Assembly (NCBI GenBank): GCA_046563655.1
Contig: CM102283.1
Location: forward strand, 2,604,001-2,668,000
Direction: 5' to 3'
DNA: 64,000 nt
From: Yuukianura sp. NJ FZ-2021
Lineage: Eukaryota
Positions 59,494 to 64,000 of the stretch are shown in pieces. How positions within the stretch are numbered: the first letter of the stretch is position 1; every line of letters starts with the position of its first letter. The translations under genes were made by a program, and so were the position numbers. The notes under the pieces were generated by a model. That model was not told the DNA's origin. It was given only the letters and a program-made list of their open reading frames with translations, and searched no databases.

Positions 59494-61660
59494 TGTTTTT
59501 GTTTGAAGCGTTTTGTTTGGCAATCGGTGTCGTTGGGCTCATTTAGCAAAAGATGAAAGTTAACTTTCTAAGGTGGGAATTTCAAAATGTTGGTTTTAGT
59601 TATTCATTAGGTTGAGACTATAGCTCAATAGAGTGCAGACAAAGAAAAAACAAAGATGCTAATAGTGTTTCATTTGTTTGTCTATTTTAGGTGCTGCAGA
59701 TTGTCTTCTGTGTCCTGGAGGGCCAGTAGTCGAATTAACCAACAAATCAATCACTATGCGCTACTTTAACTTCTGTCTTCTTCCAATTAATTAATATTTA
59801 AAATTTTGAAACTTGAAACTTCTAATTTTGAAATTGAAACTTCAAATTTTAAAGAGGGAAAGTTCCAATTACTACAGAAATGGTGATTACTTTTATTTCA
59901 GCGCATGACGACGTCGTCGATTTTTTTTTCAAACTTTTTTTTCCACTTTTTGTTTTACTTCGGCGCATGACTATGAATCGAAAATTTTTAATGCGGCGCA
60001 TGACCACTATGAGTTTAAGGTCATAAAAAACTGATTTCTAAAGCGTCGTTTTCACTTTCCAAAGGAAAAAATTTCCTAGGTTTTCTCGGGTCGTAAATTA
60101 TTGTCACAAGTATTATATTTTATTATTTCATTTTTTCAAATTACATATTGAAATTAAAAAAAACTCAAAACAAAAAGTTTTTAGTTAAGTTATGCTATCA
60201 AGTAGTTAAGTATACTGTTTTTAAATAGTACTGTATGCCCAAAAGTTGAGAAGTACGAATGCATAGGAATAAAACTAACATTTTTGAAGACATATTGTAG
60301 GTACGACTAAAAGTTGACTTTTAAAATAAATAATTCTTGAAAATTGAAAACACAAGTTAAACAAAATTTTGTGTTTTCGTTGTGCAAAATTTTTGCACTG
60401 TGATGTCACTGACATGGTCTCATACACCACCCGCTCCTACTTGAAATTGATAGATCCGTCTTATGGCCTTGAAATTTACCAATACAATTGAAAATTCAAT
60501 TGAATTAGGATCTCATAACCTACGTAAGTCTCGTGATGATGACATTAACCCAATTGATTACAATATTTTTAACTAAACACGGGAAATTTACATTACACTT
60601 GTCACCAAACACTCGCCTGACACATGATGTCACACACACTTCCAGGACGTTTGTGGGTATTTGAGATGAGATGACTTTCAACAGAGGTCAAATGGGACTA
60701 CGTGACCCGGATCATAGAATCACTTTGCCTAACGCAAGGCAAATCGTCACCCGATGCTTCAAAATACTTGACAATACTTTCGTTCACTAATGAAATTCAC
60801 TTGTGACGTGAAGAACAATACTTGGATACTGCTAGGAAAAAATGTACTCAAATGGGAAATCCTATACTTGTGAATACTTGTGAAAAAGTGTGCCCAAAAA
60901 ACTTGCGAATTGGGAAATACTAAATGTGTCACCTCAAATTACGTGTACAGATTATCAGTTTGCGCTTTGTCTGATAAAATTTCAACTTAAAACTTCAGAT
61001 TAATCTGAAATTTTCAAAAATTACTGAAAGTTGGGAAACTTTGATGGACAGATTGTGAGTAATATCAAAAATATGATAGTAGACGCATGTTAAATTAACA
61101 ATGGAAAGTGAATTAGCTAAATGTAAAATAAAATTAGTTGAATTATGTCATGGTTTAATGTTGAGAGTAAATTTCTGTGACTGTCAAACATTTTGAATAC
61201 TAAATGTGTGTCACGTAATCCAGAATGTGTATCTGGTATGGCGTCATTTGAAATGGAAACAGTTACAACACATTGGTAATTCCCTCGTGACCTTGATGAC
61301 CCCCACCACTTTTAGCCAAAACTTCCCATCTGATTACTAGGTAATTTGGACATCAAAAGTAAAAATTTTGCCAGCAATGCGCCTGTTGACGCAATTCATA
61401 AGCCAAAAAACTAAAGCTTCAATTTTCCACAAATCATGAATTAAATATGCAAAACTGAAAACTTTTCGAGTGGCCGCAGCATGTATGACTCAAATTTCAA
61501 AAAAAAAAATAGGCTACGGTATAACAAAGATATGGCGGTGCTCAAGGGTTGAGCACAAAGTTTTCTTGCGAGGGTAGCCAATAGATATGACTTAGGACAA
61601 CACAATTTAATAACTACATATTTTAATTTAGTAAATATATTTTAATAATTTATATTTTAA

Positions 61661-62935
61661 TTAAGCTCCATTAAGTGTCAATGTTAAACTTATGATATAA
61701 TTTATCATATTTTGATTTACACTGATCACAATACCTTTGTCACAATAGTTAAATTCCCCACACCTGAATACACATTTCCTAAGTGATTTGACTACCATGA
61801 CATTATGTGTAATACCATTTGCACTTCTGTCCAATTGGTCTATATACTCACATGACCTGGCATAAATCATTGCTCCTCCTATAATACCAATGTTTAAAAA
61901 TACGAAAATGAGTGTAGCACAACTAAAGAAAGTAAAAAAGGCAAGAGACATTCCAAATCGAAAGCTAACACTAAAGAAAACTACACAAAATGATGTACCG
62001 AATAACAAAATAGAAGCAAGTGGGAGCGAAAATAAACAGTTGAATTGTGTTAAATATAAATAAATAATTTTGTGGTAATGTGCTTCTGAAACTGTCGAGT
62101 GAAGGAATTGAGATTTCAACAATGATAGTACAATATCTATGGTTAGAATGCCAATAATTGCATACTGAAGGTACTTGTGCATCAGCAAGTAACCATGTAT
62201 CCATATAAGTAGTAACAACACAATTGTAGCACAATATGCAATGTAAATCTTTCCATTTGAGTAGTCGCTGTATGTCCAAATCCAGTCAAGTATTGTTTCA
62301 AAAAGAAGTTCAGTACCTTCAATTACTACAACCGTAAAAACCAGCACGAAACCCGGTATCACATATTTAATCACAGTGCAGTAAGTCCTCAGAAACAGAA
62401 AATGAAGATTTTTGTCTGATACAAAAAGTAGTTCCTCTTCAGTGCAAAATAAAAGTTTTATTATTAGTATTAAAAAATTATAAGCAAAAGTTTAAGTTGA
62501 CACCAAATTAAAATTAGTGATTTTTTCTTAAAAAGTGTACTACGTTAGTTTACAATTACCTGGTTTCGATGTCAAAGCATGATACAATACGTTCATATAT
62601 TGTTGCCAGTGTTGTCTTCCCCAAATCGCCATTATATCTAAGCTGATGTTGTGCATACCAAGCAACAAGAGTCCACCAAATCCTGCAGTAAAAATCGGAT
62701 CCAATCCAGCGCCGTAATTTATACAATTCAACGTCATCACCAAAATGACACTACTGCAGTCGAAAATCAAAAGCAGCAACGCATTTTTACGATACTCCGT
62801 GGACTCGTCCAATATAAATTTATTGTGGCGCTTGCTAAAAATCAGCGGATTTTGATAAGTGTGATGAGCATTTTGTATACCAAGTAGCAACAAGGCTACA
62901 ACTTGCTTCCGATTTTCTGAAATACCTCTGACCAT
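61661..62935 (-). CDS. Chemoreceptor-like family B, copy 4 (~383 aa), intact
   Basis: Exons 62935-62560 and 62436-61661 in frame. Confidence 0.75.
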
Positions 62936-63534
62936 GGTAATAAAGGACAAGCAAGAATTAACTTTCGAAATGTTCAACTATTGGATCTACTCGTTTTATT
63001 CAACCGCTCACTTAATAACGATAGGCTATAAACGATAGAAAAAAATATTGGCAAACAACATGTTTGTGGAATACGGTTTCTAATCTTGGCTTTGTAATGT
63101 TTAAATTCTTAAAATTTTTTAGATAAAGATGTTTTACACAATTCCTTTGGTAATATGTGGTACAGAATATCTGTGTGAATGTCTAATATCTATTTGAATT
63201 CATTCCTAGCTCACTTTTTCCATGAAGCAGTAAACAAAATGTTTTCGAAGTACTTACATAAAAAACTAAAAACTTACTTCCTAACATAAAATGGGTAAAA
63301 ACGAACTAGGGTTTGACGTTTGATTACTTTTAAAATTGTAAAAGCCTAACCTAATTCATTTCATTTTTTTATCTTTATGATCCGAGGTTTCCACAATTTA
63401 GTGCTCAAAGGTTGCGCGCATTACTTTTGGAGAGGTTTACCAATAGATATGACTTTAGGAGAAGACAATTAAATAATCATATATTTTAAGTTATTAATTT
63501 ATTTACGTTTTATTTTTTATTATTTACATTTTAA

Positions 63535-64000
63535 TTAAGCTCCATTAAGCGTCAGTGTTAAACTTATGATATAGTTTATCATATTTTGATTTACAGTGAT
63601 CACAATACCTTTGTCACAATAGTTAAATTCCCCACACCTGAATCCACATTTCCTAAGTGATTTGACTACCATGACATTATATGCATTACCATTTGCACTT
63701 TTACCCAATTGGTCTATATACTCACATGACCTGACATAAATCATTGCTCCTCCTATAATACATATATTTAAAAATATGAAAACGAGTGCAGCGCCACTGA
63801 AAAAAGTAAAAGACGCAAGAGACAATCCAAATCGAAAGCTAACACTAAAGAAAACTACGGAAAATGCTGTACCGAATAGCACATAAGAAGCAATTGGGAA
63901 CGAACATAAACAATTCAATTGTGTTAAATATAAATAAATAAGCTTGTGGTAACTTGCTTGTGACAGCAAAGTCCTTGTAACTGTTGAACATGAGTGGCGG
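63535..64000 (-). CDS. Chemoreceptor-like family B, copy 5 (3' part; continues past the window edge)
   Basis: Paralogous to exon 2 of the other copies with the same C-terminus. Confidence 0.72.
   Translation of the reverse strand, partial: RHSCSTVTRTLLSQASYHKLIYLYLTQLNCLCSFPIASYVLFGTAFSVVFFSVSFRFGLSLASFTFFSGAALVFIFLNICIIGGAMIYVRSCEYIDQLGKSANGNAYNVMVVKSLRKCGFRCGEFNYCDKGIVITVNQNMINYIISLTLTLNGA

Overview
AT-rich, intron-containing animal genomic DNA. It is arthropod-like, and gene content plus the many MITEs suggest a springtail (Collembola), but that is inference only. No prokaryotic operons, CRISPR arrays or rRNA. Left to right: an alanine-glyoxylate aminotransferase-like gene with an apparent signal peptide (runs off the left edge); a secreted Pro/Thr-rich repeat protein; and a tandem array of cysteine synthase / beta-cyanoalanine synthase (CAS) genes resembling the bacterially derived enzyme of spider mites and Lepidoptera (two intact, one chimeric and frameshifted, one 3' remnant). 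Each CAS copy lies tail-to-tail with a multi-TM chemoreceptor-like gene. Then come an alpha-arrestin, S-formylglutathione hydrolase, an F-box/LRR gene, pellino, a small secreted peptide gene and more receptor-like genes. CAS1 intron 1 holds a young 5.2 kb LTR element with no RT, RNase H, protease or integrase core. It keeps a zinc-knuckle mini-Gag joined by a clear -1 frameshift-like signal to a ~700-aa low-complexity ORF with a GPY/F motif. Three tandem-duplication junctions can be mapped to within a few bases. Exon boundaries were read by eye, and several 1-nt frameshifts lie in or beside short homopolymers, so they may be assembly errors.
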